This document shows, one piece after another, positions 19,278 through 29,887 of a DNA stretch of 64,000 nt. This DNA is from an uncultured Gammaproteobacteria bacterium. Lineage in GTDB: Bacteria; Patescibacteriota; Patescibacteriia; Magasanikbacterales; GCA-002688135. The position numbers and the translations under genes are program-made. Below the pieces are notes generated by a model that saw only the letters and a list, made by a program, of their open reading frames with translations, was not told the origin of the DNA and did no database searches. Where the stretch lies: positions 6,666-70,665 of the forward strand of contig CAZUUO010000001.1 in assembly GCA_964622665.1 (NCBI GenBank), in the 5' to 3' direction. The stretch's first letter is position 1. Each line of letters opens with the position of its first letter.

Positions 19278-20552
19278 CTACACTGACTCGAGGAAAACGC
19301 GCACACGGTCATCCACCATTACGTCACGGGGGCGCAATGGGCGTGCCAAGGTAATGCCATGTAATGAAGTGGCGCGTGACAGAGCAACATAGGTTTGGCC
19401 GTTTGCAAAGGCACCACTACCTAAATCGATGTGTAATTTATCAAAGGTTTTACCTTGTGATTTATGAATCGTTACAGCGTAGGCCAACTTCAAGGGAAGT
19501 TGTACAAATGTTCCCCTTTGTTTTTGATCAAGAGCATTTTTTTCTTCATCAAAAACGGTTTCATACATCGTCCATGTATGTGGCATGACTTCGATTGTTT
19601 TCCCATCGTCGGTTTGCACCATCACTCGTCTATCAATAATATCTTTCACAGACCCTAACGTTCCGTTCACGTACAATCCATTTTGCGTGTCATTTGCGAC
19701 AAACATTACCCGCGCCCCAACTTTTAACACGAGGTCAGTTTCGGTTGGTGCATTTTTATCATCAAACTTTCCCGTTGTTTTGGAAGGAAATCGAACAGCC
19801 TTAGCACCTAATTCATTGAGACGTTGTTCATTAATTGTTTTAGCGGTGTCATTTCTCCCCGTTAAAATTAAGGTGTCACGATCGGTCATGGAAAACACTC
19901 GTTCATGCAACATTTCAAAATGATATTGTTCAATACTTTTTTCTCGAATCGCGTGGAGTAATTCCAAAAAATCTGCATCTTTTTGGCGAAATACATGTTC
20001 CAATTCAATGCGATGTAACAAATTAAATTCGCGCAATCGTTTAATTACTTGAGCATCAAAAAAATATTCCGATGCGTATAATTTTTTAAACGCTTCCATC
20101 TCATCAAATTTAATAATCGGTGGGAGTTGGTATAAATCTCCAAACATAAGCACTTGCACGCCCCCAAATGGTCGTTCATCTTTTCGTACCGCACGCAAAA
20201 ATACATCGATGCAATCGAGTAAATCAGCCCGCACCATGGATATTTCATCAATGATGAGGGTGTGCAATTCTTTAAATAGTTTTTTCTTTTGAGAAAAATT
20301 TGCCTCTTTTCGGGCACGAGGCACACTGACACTGGGCGCAAAACCAAAACATGAGTGAATTGTTTCACCCCCCACATGCAACGCCGCAACACCCGTTGGT
20401 GCTACGGTAATGCAATTTTTAGTTGTATTGAGTCGGTACTGTGTTAATAGCGTGCTTTTCCCGGTTCCTGCTTTCCCGTGAACAAATACACATCCACTAT
20501 TTTCCTGTAGAAAATCCAGTGCTTCCTGCCATGTCGCGTTTTTTCCATCCAT
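19278..20552 (-). CDS. Pif1/RecD-like SF1B DNA helicase
   Basis: Walker A 'GKAGTGKST', motif Ia 'VAPTGVAA', Walker B 'LIIDEISMV' and a C-terminal Pif1-type region 'AVTIHKSQGKTFD'. The start overlaps the upstream ORF by 56 nt. Confidence 0.7.
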   Translation of the reverse strand: MDGKNATWQEALDFLQENSGCVFVHGKAGTGKSTLLTQYRLNTTKNCITVAPTGVAALHVGGETIHSCFGFAPSVSVPRARKEANFSQKKKLFKELHTLIIDEISMVRADLLDCIDVFLRAVRKDERPFGGVQVLMFGDLYQLPPIIKFDEMEAFKKLYASEYFFDAQVIKRLREFNLLHRIELEHVFRQKDADFLELLHAIREKSIEQYHFEMLHERVFSMTDRDTLILTGRNDTAKTINEQRLNELGAKAVRFPSKTTGKFDDKNAPTETDLVLKVGARVMFVANDTQNGLYVNGTLGSVKDIIDRRVMVQTDDGKTIEVMPHTWTMYETVFDEEKNALDQKQRGTFVQLPLKLAYAVTIHKSQGKTFDKLHIDLGSGAFANGQTYVALSRATSLHGITLARPLRPRDVMVDDRVRVFLESV

Positions 20553-21951
20553 AGTCTACATCGCGTAAATATCTTCTAAAGAGATAATCCCCTACTTCCA
20601 CTCTATTGTCAAAGTGTGGAGAATTAGGTAATTGATCCCACATTTTTTCAATCTCACGATACAATACATTTACATCTCGTTCTTCACCATTAAAAATAAA
20701 TGGATAGATTACTGATTTTGATTCTACCGGTGTGAGGTACAAATTATTTAGTAAACATTGGCGAAGTAATATTTTGTATTCTTTATCCGTAAGGGTATAC
20801 GGATCATGGGTCTCATCAAATATTCCCCCTTTTTTCCTATAGTACTCTCGTGTACCTTGTACTATCTCATTTCGCAAAATTGCTTCTTTCTCTAAAATTT
20901 CTTTCTCTATGACTCTATCTATATTTTGAACACTATCCCTACTTACTTCATCAAGTATTTCTTTAGCCAGATCCCCATTTACCTCATTGATTTTACCGCC
21001 AGGGACTTCAATAAAATAAAATACCTGCATTCTTTTGTTACCCGCCTTTATTGTTTTCTTCATTTTCTCCCGAAATTCATTAAAGACCTTTAACCCATTC
21101 ATCATCTCAAATACTCCATTGAGATTTTTTTTCTCATCAAGAGAAACTTCTCCGCGCAATATACGGAGTGAGTCCTTGGTTTTATACTGGAGAATTTCAC
21201 CATGGCGTCCATATTCATCAATTCCCTGCAATGCGTCTTCTGTTGGTTTTGAAGTGCGCGGTTTTAACTGTAATTTCTCGGCAACTTGATGCGCACCAAT
21301 ATGTGACAACACACCAGACTTTAAACCGCTATATTCTTTTTTATACCCCGAACTTTCAGCAATTTCTTCCAAAATACTCCAAAATACTTTTAAAAACTCT
21401 TTGTCATCTCTATTTGCCTGAACAAAATTAATAAGAGTATTTGTGTACTCTACAATTCCCACAATGTCACTTTGTACTTCCGCCAATTTAGTTCTTGTTC
21501 TATTTTCATTTAAGTAAATTTGTGATTCTAGAGTTGATTTTAAACCGAATAATAATTCAATCCCTTGTATTTGATCAGGAAATTTTGCAATAAACTGTTC
21601 TTTGAGTTTTTTATTTTCCTCATCACTTAAACCAAACCTGACATGCTCTAAATATCTTTCTTGTAAATCAGTTTCTGGTGACTCCTCTAATCCATTAAGA
21701 ATTTTATTTCTACTCAATATATCATCAAAATTTGCATCAAAACTTTTCTTCCACCAATCACGAAGAATATGCTCAACTTCGGATCGTTCATAGGGTGTTA
21801 ACCAATTCCCCTCTACATAATCGCGTATATATTCACGATCTTCTTCTGAAAAGTCACGAATGGAAGCTAACACTACTTTTTTCAATAGTGTTTCTGGTGA
21901 TCGTAATTCTTTTTTTTCTTGTTTTGGATGGACAAAATCTCTAAATTCCAT
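20497..21951 (-). CDS. hypothetical protein (484 aa); first gene of the Pif1-associated module
   Basis: Long, charged, soluble protein with no motif I recognise. Its stop lies inside the Pif1 start region, consistent with translational coupling. Confidence 0.4.
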   Translation of the reverse strand: MEFRDFVHPKQEKKELRSPETLLKKVVLASIRDFSEEDREYIRDYVEGNWLTPYERSEVEHILRDWWKKSFDANFDDILSRNKILNGLEESPETDLQERYLEHVRFGLSDEENKKLKEQFIAKFPDQIQGIELLFGLKSTLESQIYLNENRTRTKLAEVQSDIVGIVEYTNTLINFVQANRDDKEFLKVFWSILEEIAESSGYKKEYSGLKSGVLSHIGAHQVAEKLQLKPRTSKPTEDALQGIDEYGRHGEILQYKTKDSLRILRGEVSLDEKKNLNGVFEMMNGLKVFNEFREKMKKTIKAGNKRMQVFYFIEVPGGKINEVNGDLAKEILDEVSRDSVQNIDRVIEKEILEKEAILRNEIVQGTREYYRKKGGIFDETHDPYTLTDKEYKILLRQCLLNNLYLTPVESKSVIYPFIFNGEERDVNVLYREIEKMWDQLPNSPHFDNRVEVGDYLFRRYLRDVDYGWKKRDMAGSTGFSTGK

Positions 21952-22037
21952 AGTACACCCAGTATACCATTTTTAACGGTTTCACCTTGGGGAAAAGTAA
22001 TAAAAAATCTCAGTAGTAACACTGAGATTTCAAGCTG

Positions 22038-23366
22038 CTAGTAATCTTTCAATTTTTCAATTCCCTTCATTTTCTGAATCTTTTCAAGAGCTTTTGCTTC
22101 AATCTGACGAATACGTTCTCGGGTCACATTAAATTCTTTACCCACTTCTTCGAGCGTATGCGCCACTCCATCCACTAACCCAAACCGCATTTCCAAAATC
22201 TTTTGTTCACGAGGGGTTAAATCTTTAATGATGTTCTGAACATAATCACGTAACAATTCCAATGCCGCTGCGCGATCAGGCGTGATATTTTTAACGTCCT
22301 TAATGAAGTCTTGTAATGATGAGTCCTCTTCGTCATCACCCACGCTCGTTTCCAATGAAACGGTTTCTTGTGAGATTTTAATGATGTGACGAACTTTCTC
22401 CACCTCTTCATTCATTTCAGCGGCAATTTCTTCAGCAGTGGGTTCACGTCCTAAATCTTGAATAAGCTGACGTTCAATTTGTTGAAATTTATTAATCGTT
22501 TCCACCATGTGCACAGGAATACGAATGGTGCGGGATTGATCAGCGAGTGCACGAGTAATTGCTTGGCGAATCCACCATGTTGCGTAGGTTGAAAATTTAA
22601 AACCTTTGCGATATTCAAATTTTTTCACTGCACGAAACAACCCAATGTTTCCTTCTTGAATTAAATCGAGCAATGTCAATTGTTTTCCTACAAATTTCTT
22701 TGCAATAGAAACCACCAAACGCAAGTTTGCTTCAATCAATTTTCGCTCAGCATTACGTTCACCCCGTTCTTTACCTTTTGCCAAATTAACTTCTTCTTCA
22801 CCGTTCAATAACGGGATTTTACCAATCTCACGCAAATACATTTGAATAGAGTCGGCCGTCAATTCAGGAATTTCAAAACTCTTATTAGTTTCAACGTTCA
22901 ATGAAGTTAAAATTTTATTATCTCGTTCTCGATTTCCCAATAATGATTCACGACCTTCAATGAGTGCGAGGCCGTGTTTCTCTAAATCTTGTAAAAACTT
23001 TTCATAGTCTTCCACGTAATCTTCTACTTCGGGAAAGGTAAACAAGACTTCTTGTTCGGTAACAAACCCGCGTTTACGTGCTTTTTCAATCAGTGCGTTG
23101 AGGGCAGCTTCTTGAGGTGGTAATCCTTTGGGAAATACTCGATCAAAGTAGGGTGAGCCGTGTTTTTTTGCAGGAAGTTTTTTTACTACTTTTTTAGGTG
23201 CCACCTTTACTTCTTTTTTTGCTACAACCTTAAGTGGTGTTACTTTTGTAGTAACTTTTTTAACTGGCACCACCTTTTTTACTACTTTTGCAACCACCTT
23301 CTTAATTGCTTTTTTGATGGGAGCTTTTGTAGGTTTTTTAATTTGTTTTTTTGACTTGTTTTGCAT
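22038..23366 (-). CDS. rpoD: primary RNA polymerase sigma factor RpoD with a Lys/Val/Pro-rich N-terminal extension
   Basis: Region 2.4/-10 recognition ('[16 protein letters not shown]'), region 3, region 4.2 ('[23 protein letters not shown]'), and an about 65-aa KKxxKK-repeat N-terminus. Confidence 0.9.
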   Translation of the reverse strand: MQNKSKKQIKKPTKAPIKKAIKKVVAKVVKKVVPVKKVTTKVTPLKVVAKKEVKVAPKKVVKKLPAKKHGSPYFDRVFPKGLPPQEAALNALIEKARKRGFVTEQEVLFTFPEVEDYVEDYEKFLQDLEKHGLALIEGRESLLGNRERDNKILTSLNVETNKSFEIPELTADSIQMYLREIGKIPLLNGEEEVNLAKGKERGERNAERKLIEANLRLVVSIAKKFVGKQLTLLDLIQEGNIGLFRAVKKFEYRKGFKFSTYATWWIRQAITRALADQSRTIRIPVHMVETINKFQQIERQLIQDLGREPTAEEIAAEMNEEVEKVRHIIKISQETVSLETSVGDDEEDSSLQDFIKDVKNITPDRAAALELLRDYVQNIIKDLTPREQKILEMRFGLVDGVAHTLEEVGKEFNVTRERIRQIEAKALEKIQKMKGIEKLKDY

Positions 23367-23419
23367 AAACCATAATGAACGTGATTGCTCACGTGTCAGG
23401 GGAAAGTTACATCTGAAAC

Positions 23420-25189
23420 TCAGAGTGTATCATTGAGTTTTTGATAATATTCAAGTAATTGAGCCGCTTTTTCACGGTCTCCCTGCGCCTCAGCAAGTCG
23501 AAGTTGCTGTTCTATATGCGCTTTTTTGGCTTGCAAAAACAATTGTTTGCAGCGTGCAGTAAGGCGCTCATACTCTTGAAGCTTTTCTGATTGTGGCAGG
23601 GTACCATAGAGGTGGTCTGCCAAAAGCATGAGTATGTGGTGTGGCTCTTCTGCTTCACTTTTTTGTGTAGTCTCAGTGTACCCGTTTTTAAGGGTCGCGT
23701 AAAGTGGACGGTAGTTTTCAGGAAAAACCAGGTCAGTGACATCCAAAAAGTCTTTCATTGGTTTTTGGAGCATAATATGAAGCGCCAACAATCTCACAAA
23801 TGGTGAGGTAACCACTTTTTCTTCACTTGTTACTTGTTTTTTTGGCGCAATTGCTCCTCGTTGCGGAATAATTGCTTTTTTACTTTTTACGGCCTGTAAT
23901 TCTTGTTCTAATGTTTCCAAACGCACCCCCACCTTTTGTGATAACGTTTGCATCCAAGCCTCACGTTCAATATTAGAAGGAATCGCTTGCAAGTATGGTA
24001 ACACCGCACTAACAATTGCTTGTTTTCCTTTTGGATCCTCGATGTTATTTTGAGCAATTGCATTATGAATAACAAACGTAATAAACGGCACTGCTTGTGC
24101 AATGGCATTATTCCATGCGTCTTTATTTTTTCTAATTATCTCATCAGCATCTTTTCCAAGATTTGCATCAGGCATAATTACCTTCGTATCAAATCCTAAC
24201 GATAACGCCATCATAATTCCTCGTAGTGCCGCATTTTTTCCCGCACCATCTTGATCAAATGCAAACAACAACGTACCCGCATGATGTTCATCTTTTTGTG
24301 TATACCGACGAATGAGACGTAACTGTTCATCAGTCAACGCCGTCCCCGACGATGCAACGGTATGTTCAAATCCAAATTGATGTGAGGTTATTACATCCAT
24401 TTGTCCTTCAACAATAATACACGTACGCGTTTTGCGCATCGTATGTTTAGCAACATGTAACCCATATAACAGCGCGCTTTTATCAAATACTGCTGTTTGA
24501 GGTGTATTCACATACTTTCCCTGATTTTCTTTTTCTTCCAACAACCGACCAGTAAATCCAACAACTGCACCATGATGATCAAAAATTGGAAACATTACTC
24601 TATCACGAAATCTATCATAAAATGTCCCGCGATCACTTTTTCCCACAAGTCCCGCTGAAACTAAATCGTCAACGGACACTCCCCGCTTCATACAAAAACT
24701 AAACAGTGCATTAAAACTATCGGGAGCATACCCCACATGCCACTCTCGCACTGTTTTTTCATCAAGCCCTCGACGAGCCACATAGTCTCGCGCTTTCTGT
24801 GCTACCTCATGCTGTTGCAACACCGCTTCAAAAAATTGTGTAGCTAAATGCAGTGCATCTTTACTTCTATTTTTTTCTGATGCTTGATATTCGACATCAC
24901 GACGATTGGGCAGCACCACACCAGCACGTTGTGCTAAAATTTTTAAACTTTCAACAAATGATAACCCTTCAGATTTTTGTAAAAAAGTAAAAATATCTCC
25001 TCCTTCATTACAACCAAAACAATGCCACGATTGTCGTTCTCGTGACACCATAAATGATGGCGACTTTTCATTGTGGAAGGGGCATCGCGCTTTAAAATTT
25101 GTACCGCTGCGCGTTAACGTTATATATTCCCCCACAAAATCCACAATATCCACCTTATCTTTAATTTGTTGAATAGGGGTATTGTCCAT
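23420..25189 (-). CDS. dnaG: DNA primase DnaG
   Basis: Zinc-binding '[11 protein letters not shown]...WHCFGC' and a TOPRIM region ('IIVEGQMDV', '[12 protein letters not shown]'). It lies immediately upstream of rpoD in the classic dnaG-rpoD arrangement. Confidence 0.9.
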   Translation of the reverse strand: MDNTPIQQIKDKVDIVDFVGEYITLTRSGTNFKARCPFHNEKSPSFMVSRERQSWHCFGCNEGGDIFTFLQKSEGLSFVESLKILAQRAGVVLPNRRDVEYQASEKNRSKDALHLATQFFEAVLQQHEVAQKARDYVARRGLDEKTVREWHVGYAPDSFNALFSFCMKRGVSVDDLVSAGLVGKSDRGTFYDRFRDRVMFPIFDHHGAVVGFTGRLLEEKENQGKYVNTPQTAVFDKSALLYGLHVAKHTMRKTRTCIIVEGQMDVITSHQFGFEHTVASSGTALTDEQLRLIRRYTQKDEHHAGTLLFAFDQDGAGKNAALRGIMMALSLGFDTKVIMPDANLGKDADEIIRKNKDAWNNAIAQAVPFITFVIHNAIAQNNIEDPKGKQAIVSAVLPYLQAIPSNIEREAWMQTLSQKVGVRLETLEQELQAVKSKKAIIPQRGAIAPKKQVTSEEKVVTSPFVRLLALHIMLQKPMKDFLDVTDLVFPENYRPLYATLKNGYTETTQKSEAEEPHHILMLLADHLYGTLPQSEKLQEYERLTARCKQLFLQAKKAHIEQQLRLAEAQGDREKAAQLLEYYQKLNDTL

Positions 25190-25240
25190 ACGTTTGTTGT
25201 TACTCTAGCACCCTCCCTATCACTTGTCACCCAATACTTC

Positions 25241-25594
25241 TTACCCCAATAATCCTTTCCAAAATGACTTTTTTTGTTTAATCACTTGTGGGTCGTTTTG
25301 TATCCAATGTGCCTCAAAACTATTTCTAATTCTATCTCCTTCATGCAAAACAATGGGCGAATCATATTCACCTTGATGACGTGATGATCCACTATACGTA
25401 TGCTCTTTTTGATCAATGTGCAATGAAACTTCAACTTCAGTATTACGTTCAGTGACGTACACATGAAATCGTGGATACCACGCGCCACCAATGCGTTTCA
25501 TATATGACTCACCGTGGGGATGACGCGCATATCCACTGCGCAACATTATAATGTCAGCATTTTCCTCGAAGGGACCTTTGACAATAAATTTCAT
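25241..25594 (-). CDS. hypothetical protein (117 aa)
   Basis: Intact ORF 1 nt downstream of the first O-antigen-ligase-like gene. No recognisable motif. Confidence 0.3.
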   Translation of the reverse strand: MKFIVKGPFEENADIIMLRSGYARHPHGESYMKRIGGAWYPRFHVYVTERNTEVEVSLHIDQKEHTYSGSSRHQGEYDSPIVLHEGDRIRNSFEAHWIQNDPQVIKQKKSFWKGLLG

Positions 25595-25595
25595 A

Positions 25596-27650
25596 TTACT
25601 TTTTTAGTATAATTTGAATCCCTTTTACGGTAACTTCTTGCAACTGGCCACTTGCTAATGCTTGCGCTAAATTTTGTTGTGCGACAGTGTTTTGTGGATT
25701 TTGCGCAACCAGACATGCGAGTGCATATGCGAGTAAATCTATGTCGTGTATTTCTACCGCACTTTGAGCAATTTTAGATAATTCCTTTTCGTTTGTTGGT
25801 ATAAATTGCATTTTTTTATCAGCAAATGAATTAAAATATGCTCGTAACACGGTTGCACTTTCATAGGCACGATCAAAGGTTAATAATGCATATCCAAATT
25901 GATAGGCAATCAGATGATTATCTGTATCAAGTTCATAGGCGCGTGCCCACAATTGTTCAGCCATTTCAAAATCCTTTTGTAACACTTTGCCATTTGCGCG
26001 TTGCAAATACATAGTTTGTTTATTTGGTGCCAGTTCACTAGCACGCGCATACAACGTATCAGCTTTTTCTAATGTGGCTTCATCAGAAAATATCATCGCC
26101 AATTTTAATTGTATATTTGCGTTTGCCACAATCATTGCAACATCCGTTGGATACTTCTGCAGATACCGTTCTATTGCCGCTACCACAGCATCTGCTTGCC
26201 GCTTATCAGTATCAGTTTTTTGCATAGTACGAAATGCAAGATCTGCCATACGCAATAGGTAGTCACGCTTGAATATGTTCGTCGTATTAATTTTTTCCAA
26301 GGCAACCGTACTAGCTTCACCTGCTAATGGCTGAGAAATGGCATATGCAACGCTCTGCGAGGTGATATACCATTGATGTACTGTCATGATACTCAATAAG
26401 GGAATAACAAACAGCACGGCGATTTCTTTGGGTATTGTCTTCTCCTCTCGCTGTGGTTCAAATATAAGATGTAGTAAGACAACGAGTAATACTGTGTCAG
26501 CAACTCCCGTGAATTCAAATAAATATGCAACACCAAAACCAATCACGATTGCAATAATTTCATTTCTCTTTTCTAAGGTACGTAGTTTTTTTATCGCGAA
26601 CACAAAACAACCACCATATACTATTACTCCCAATATTCCATACATCACCAAAATATCAAGGTAGACATTGTGAGCCCGATCAGACCACACTTGAGAAAAT
26701 CCATAGCGTGTTAGTCGTGCATCATAGTGGGCATCAAATGCTTCATAAAACATTTGAGATCCATATCCCAACCATGGGCGCTGTACAAATGCGTCCCATC
26801 CCGTGTTCCAAATAAATACGCGCTGTTTATCACTATCTAAAGTATTGTCGAGCGAAACGATACGATGCATGAATGGTAATTTTTTTTGAAAAAACTGGGT
26901 ATGCGTATCAATGTAACGTAGACCACCACCCATAATCATCAAACCAACTAAACTACTGACAATTATTTTTTGTTTCGCAACAGAACTACTTTTTATTATC
27001 TGCAGTATTCCCCACACCACTGCCGCCACCAGTACCGCAAGCAAAATGCCGCGTGTTTGTGTCGCCAATAATGAGCCTAAACTTAACACCAGTGGAATTC
27101 CCAACCATTTTTTCTTTTCGGTAGTATACAGCACGGTACCAATCGCCAGAATACTCAAGCAGTACAGGGCAAATAAAATAGAATTACCATGAAACCCCTC
27201 ACTTCTGTGTGCGGTATCACGAAGCAATTCATATACTCCGTATGTTGTTACCACGGTTGAGAGTGCGACAATTTTTTCTCCCATCCATCTTTTTTCACGA
27301 ACTTCCAATTGATCAATAAAAAAAGACAGGATGCTTATTATCATTACTAAATAAAATCCTTCTCCTCGTCCATCACTTCCCCACATACTCACCCACACAT
27401 TACTACTCCAAGTAGTTGATAGTAAGGTGAGCATCGTAATTACCCACAATCCTTTAGTGATCCATGACGGTTTTGCAATAGATTTTTTTTGTGCCACTAT
27501 TACCGAAAAATAAACTGAAAGCAGTACCATTCCTACAACCGCAATCATTAACTTCCCCGCCACATACGGAAACATGACCCCCGGTATAAAACCGAGGGTG
27601 ATTACCGTAATTACTGCCGTCAGTGTTCCTTTGAAATATTCTTTTTTCAT
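25596..27650 (-). CDS. O-antigen ligase (Wzy_C)-like polytopic membrane protein with C-terminal TPR repeats (paralog 1 of 3)
   Basis: About 12 TM helices with a periplasmic loop ('WLGYGSQMFYEAFDAHYD...RAHNVYLD') then TPR-like repeats ('AYQFGYALLTFDRAYESATVLRAY'). Confidence 0.6.
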   Translation of the reverse strand: MKKEYFKGTLTAVITVITLGFIPGVMFPYVAGKLMIAVVGMVLLSVYFSVIVAQKKSIAKPSWITKGLWVITMLTLLSTTWSSNVWVSMWGSDGRGEGFYLVMIISILSFFIDQLEVREKRWMGEKIVALSTVVTTYGVYELLRDTAHRSEGFHGNSILFALYCLSILAIGTVLYTTEKKKWLGIPLVLSLGSLLATQTRGILLAVLVAAVVWGILQIIKSSSVAKQKIIVSSLVGLMIMGGGLRYIDTHTQFFQKKLPFMHRIVSLDNTLDSDKQRVFIWNTGWDAFVQRPWLGYGSQMFYEAFDAHYDARLTRYGFSQVWSDRAHNVYLDILVMYGILGVIVYGGCFVFAIKKLRTLEKRNEIIAIVIGFGVAYLFEFTGVADTVLLVVLLHLIFEPQREEKTIPKEIAVLFVIPLLSIMTVHQWYITSQSVAYAISQPLAGEASTVALEKINTTNIFKRDYLLRMADLAFRTMQKTDTDKRQADAVVAAIERYLQKYPTDVAMIVANANIQLKLAMIFSDEATLEKADTLYARASELAPNKQTMYLQRANGKVLQKDFEMAEQLWARAYELDTDNHLIAYQFGYALLTFDRAYESATVLRAYFNSFADKKMQFIPTNEKELSKIAQSAVEIHDIDLLAYALACLVAQNPQNTVAQQNLAQALASGQLQEVTVKGIQIILKK

Positions 27651-27652
27651 AG

Positions 27653-29884
27653 TTACTTGTTTTGAAAAAAGTCACTCGCTTCATCAAAGGTAAACGGCAT
27701 TGTTGATGACCCCGCTGGTAATAAGGTTATAAGTTTTGACGCTTCATCCTTTTTTGGTCCATTCAAGGTGGTCATGTAGTGCAATGCTTCATAGGCTTCG
27801 CGATATAATTGCGCACGATAGGCACTTGCCGCAAATAACAATAAAATATTTTCATTATTTTTATTCTCCCTTACTCCAACCAAGTAATAGAATGCTGAAG
27901 AACGATATTCTCCCCATTTTGCGAGACTGTTTGCTAATATTTGCCAATCCTGAAACGCATTCACATACTCTTCATTTTTTAGGAGCGGTAAAATAAGTTT
28001 TTTTGCTTCTTCATCTTTCCCCAATACTATCAACGATACACCTTTGTAGAGTTTCATGAGTAAAACATTTGGTGCAAATGAAAGTGCTTTTGTATATTGC
28101 TCGTCTGCCAATTCAAATTTTCTTTGTAAATTGTAAATTTGTGCAATAGCTAAATAATAAGACTGGCGTTTTGGAGAAAGTTCACGTGCCTTCTCATATT
28201 GTGCGAGGGCTTGCGCACTATAATCACCACCTTCATACAAACGGGTTATATATAAATTTCCTTTTAACTCGTAATAATGAGAATAATACGGATTTTTAGC
28301 AATCAGTTCATCTACGAGTTGATGAGATCGTGCGTACAACCATTCACGAGCTGCAACATCTGTAATAGAGGGTGATTGCAAAATATTTGCCGCAGTTGTT
28401 AAAAATTCTTCACGAGGTGAGGGGAAATACATTGAGGGGGTACGTAATGCCAACTCATAGTAGGGCAACGCACGCGTATATAATCCGCTATCTGCTAATG
28501 AAAACCCTTTTACAATATAATTACTACTAATATAGGGATATACCACGGCGTACATAAGGGGAATTATTGATAATAGAATCGCAGCACCAAGTCCCCCGTA
28601 TACATTTTTAGGTTCAACTATTTCAAGTTCAACGTCATGTGCAACAAAATAAAACAGTGTTAGCTGTAGTAATACCGATAATGCTGTATCAAATGCCAGC
28701 AATAAATGGACATGATTAGCACACCAAATTCCTGCGAATATCATTTTTTTGGTAGTATGAATTTTTTTATGATTTAACACCACCCACAACATACCAAAAA
28801 AATATGCACCATAGGTCAGCAATCCGATTGCACCAAAATTCACCAGACGTTCTACAATGATATTATGAGCTCGATCAAAGTGCGTTTCCGAATATCCAAA
28901 TTGCAACAACGCTGGCTCGTAATACTTATCAAAGGCATATTTAAAATTTTCATTCCCCCATCCAAGAAATGGGCGTTCATAAAATGCATTGATACCTGCT
29001 TTCCATGCCAATACACGAGTGGTTAAGGTGATTTCACTGAGTGAAAATTTGGTGAGACGACCTAAATCACTGTTATTTTTTAAAAAGGTTACCGAAGAAC
29101 CTAACAATATAATTAGTAAAAGTGCGAGAGCTCCAAAACCTTTCTTTACTCTTCCTCGCCACTCTTTGTGATTCCACACTACATATATTCCACACACTCC
29201 AGCAAATACCAGTAATGCAATAAACGTACCACGCGTTTTACTTAAAATAACTCCTACCACATGGAGCAAGGCAACAGCAGCTGCACCGTAACGAATCCAT
29301 TTCTTTTCGTGTTCATCCACAATAAGCAACAGCGCTGCTGCAATGTAGAGTAATTCAATTTGTGCAAAGAAAATTGCATTTGCAATCGTTCCTGAGATAC
29401 GAAACCCCGTATCAATGCCATACAATATAACACCGACATATCGCAAAAATGCTGCTCCCACAACCGCTGCACTTGTTGCTACAACCGTGTACAACACGAT
29501 TTTCTTTTCTTTTGCTGTAGGAAAAAAAATCCAAACCGACAGATAGATGCTCATGACTGACCACAGTTGCAACAATCCCATGCCCCGCTCTTCATTACCC
29601 ACAAAACTTCGTACCACATCAATACCTAACAAAGAAATTATGGTGTCTACCAGTAATAAACTGATCGGTAGAGCAACCATCGGGTTTTTAATTATTTTTC
29701 CCAGTTGATTTCTATTTTCTTTATTCGTCATTAACACCATCATCAATGACAATAGTACTATGGATATCGTCATCAAAAATAACGTTTTCCCAAAAATGAA
29801 CGGATAACTCACGTACGGAATTACCACCAATGGTGTTGCGGCTAATCCTAGTAACGTCATTATTTTGGCAATTTTTTTAATCAT
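27653..29884 (-). CDS. O-antigen ligase-like membrane protein with C-terminal TPR repeats (paralog 2 of 3)
   Basis: Same architecture and the conserved loop 'FLGWGNENFKYAFDKYYE...RAHNIIVE'. It lies 2 nt from paralog 1. Confidence 0.6.
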   Translation of the reverse strand: MIKKIAKIMTLLGLAATPLVVIPYVSYPFIFGKTLFLMTISIVLLSLMMVLMTNKENRNQLGKIIKNPMVALPISLLLVDTIISLLGIDVVRSFVGNEERGMGLLQLWSVMSIYLSVWIFFPTAKEKKIVLYTVVATSAAVVGAAFLRYVGVILYGIDTGFRISGTIANAIFFAQIELLYIAAALLLIVDEHEKKWIRYGAAAVALLHVVGVILSKTRGTFIALLVFAGVCGIYVVWNHKEWRGRVKKGFGALALLLIILLGSSVTFLKNNSDLGRLTKFSLSEITLTTRVLAWKAGINAFYERPFLGWGNENFKYAFDKYYEPALLQFGYSETHFDRAHNIIVERLVNFGAIGLLTYGAYFFGMLWVVLNHKKIHTTKKMIFAGIWCANHVHLLLAFDTALSVLLQLTLFYFVAHDVELEIVEPKNVYGGLGAAILLSIIPLMYAVVYPYISSNYIVKGFSLADSGLYTRALPYYELALRTPSMYFPSPREEFLTTAANILQSPSITDVAAREWLYARSHQLVDELIAKNPYYSHYYELKGNLYITRLYEGGDYSAQALAQYEKARELSPKRQSYYLAIAQIYNLQRKFELADEQYTKALSFAPNVLLMKLYKGVSLIVLGKDEEAKKLILPLLKNEEYVNAFQDWQILANSLAKWGEYRSSAFYYLVGVRENKNNENILLLFAASAYRAQLYREAYEALHYMTTLNGPKKDEASKLITLLPAGSSTMPFTFDEASDFFQNK

Positions 29885-29887
29885 ACG

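Noticed and set aside
20045-20392. 115-aa minus-strand ORF nested in the Pif1-like helicase gene
   Set aside because: It is in a different frame of the same strand, inside a helicase ORF with ordered motifs. It is most likely spurious.
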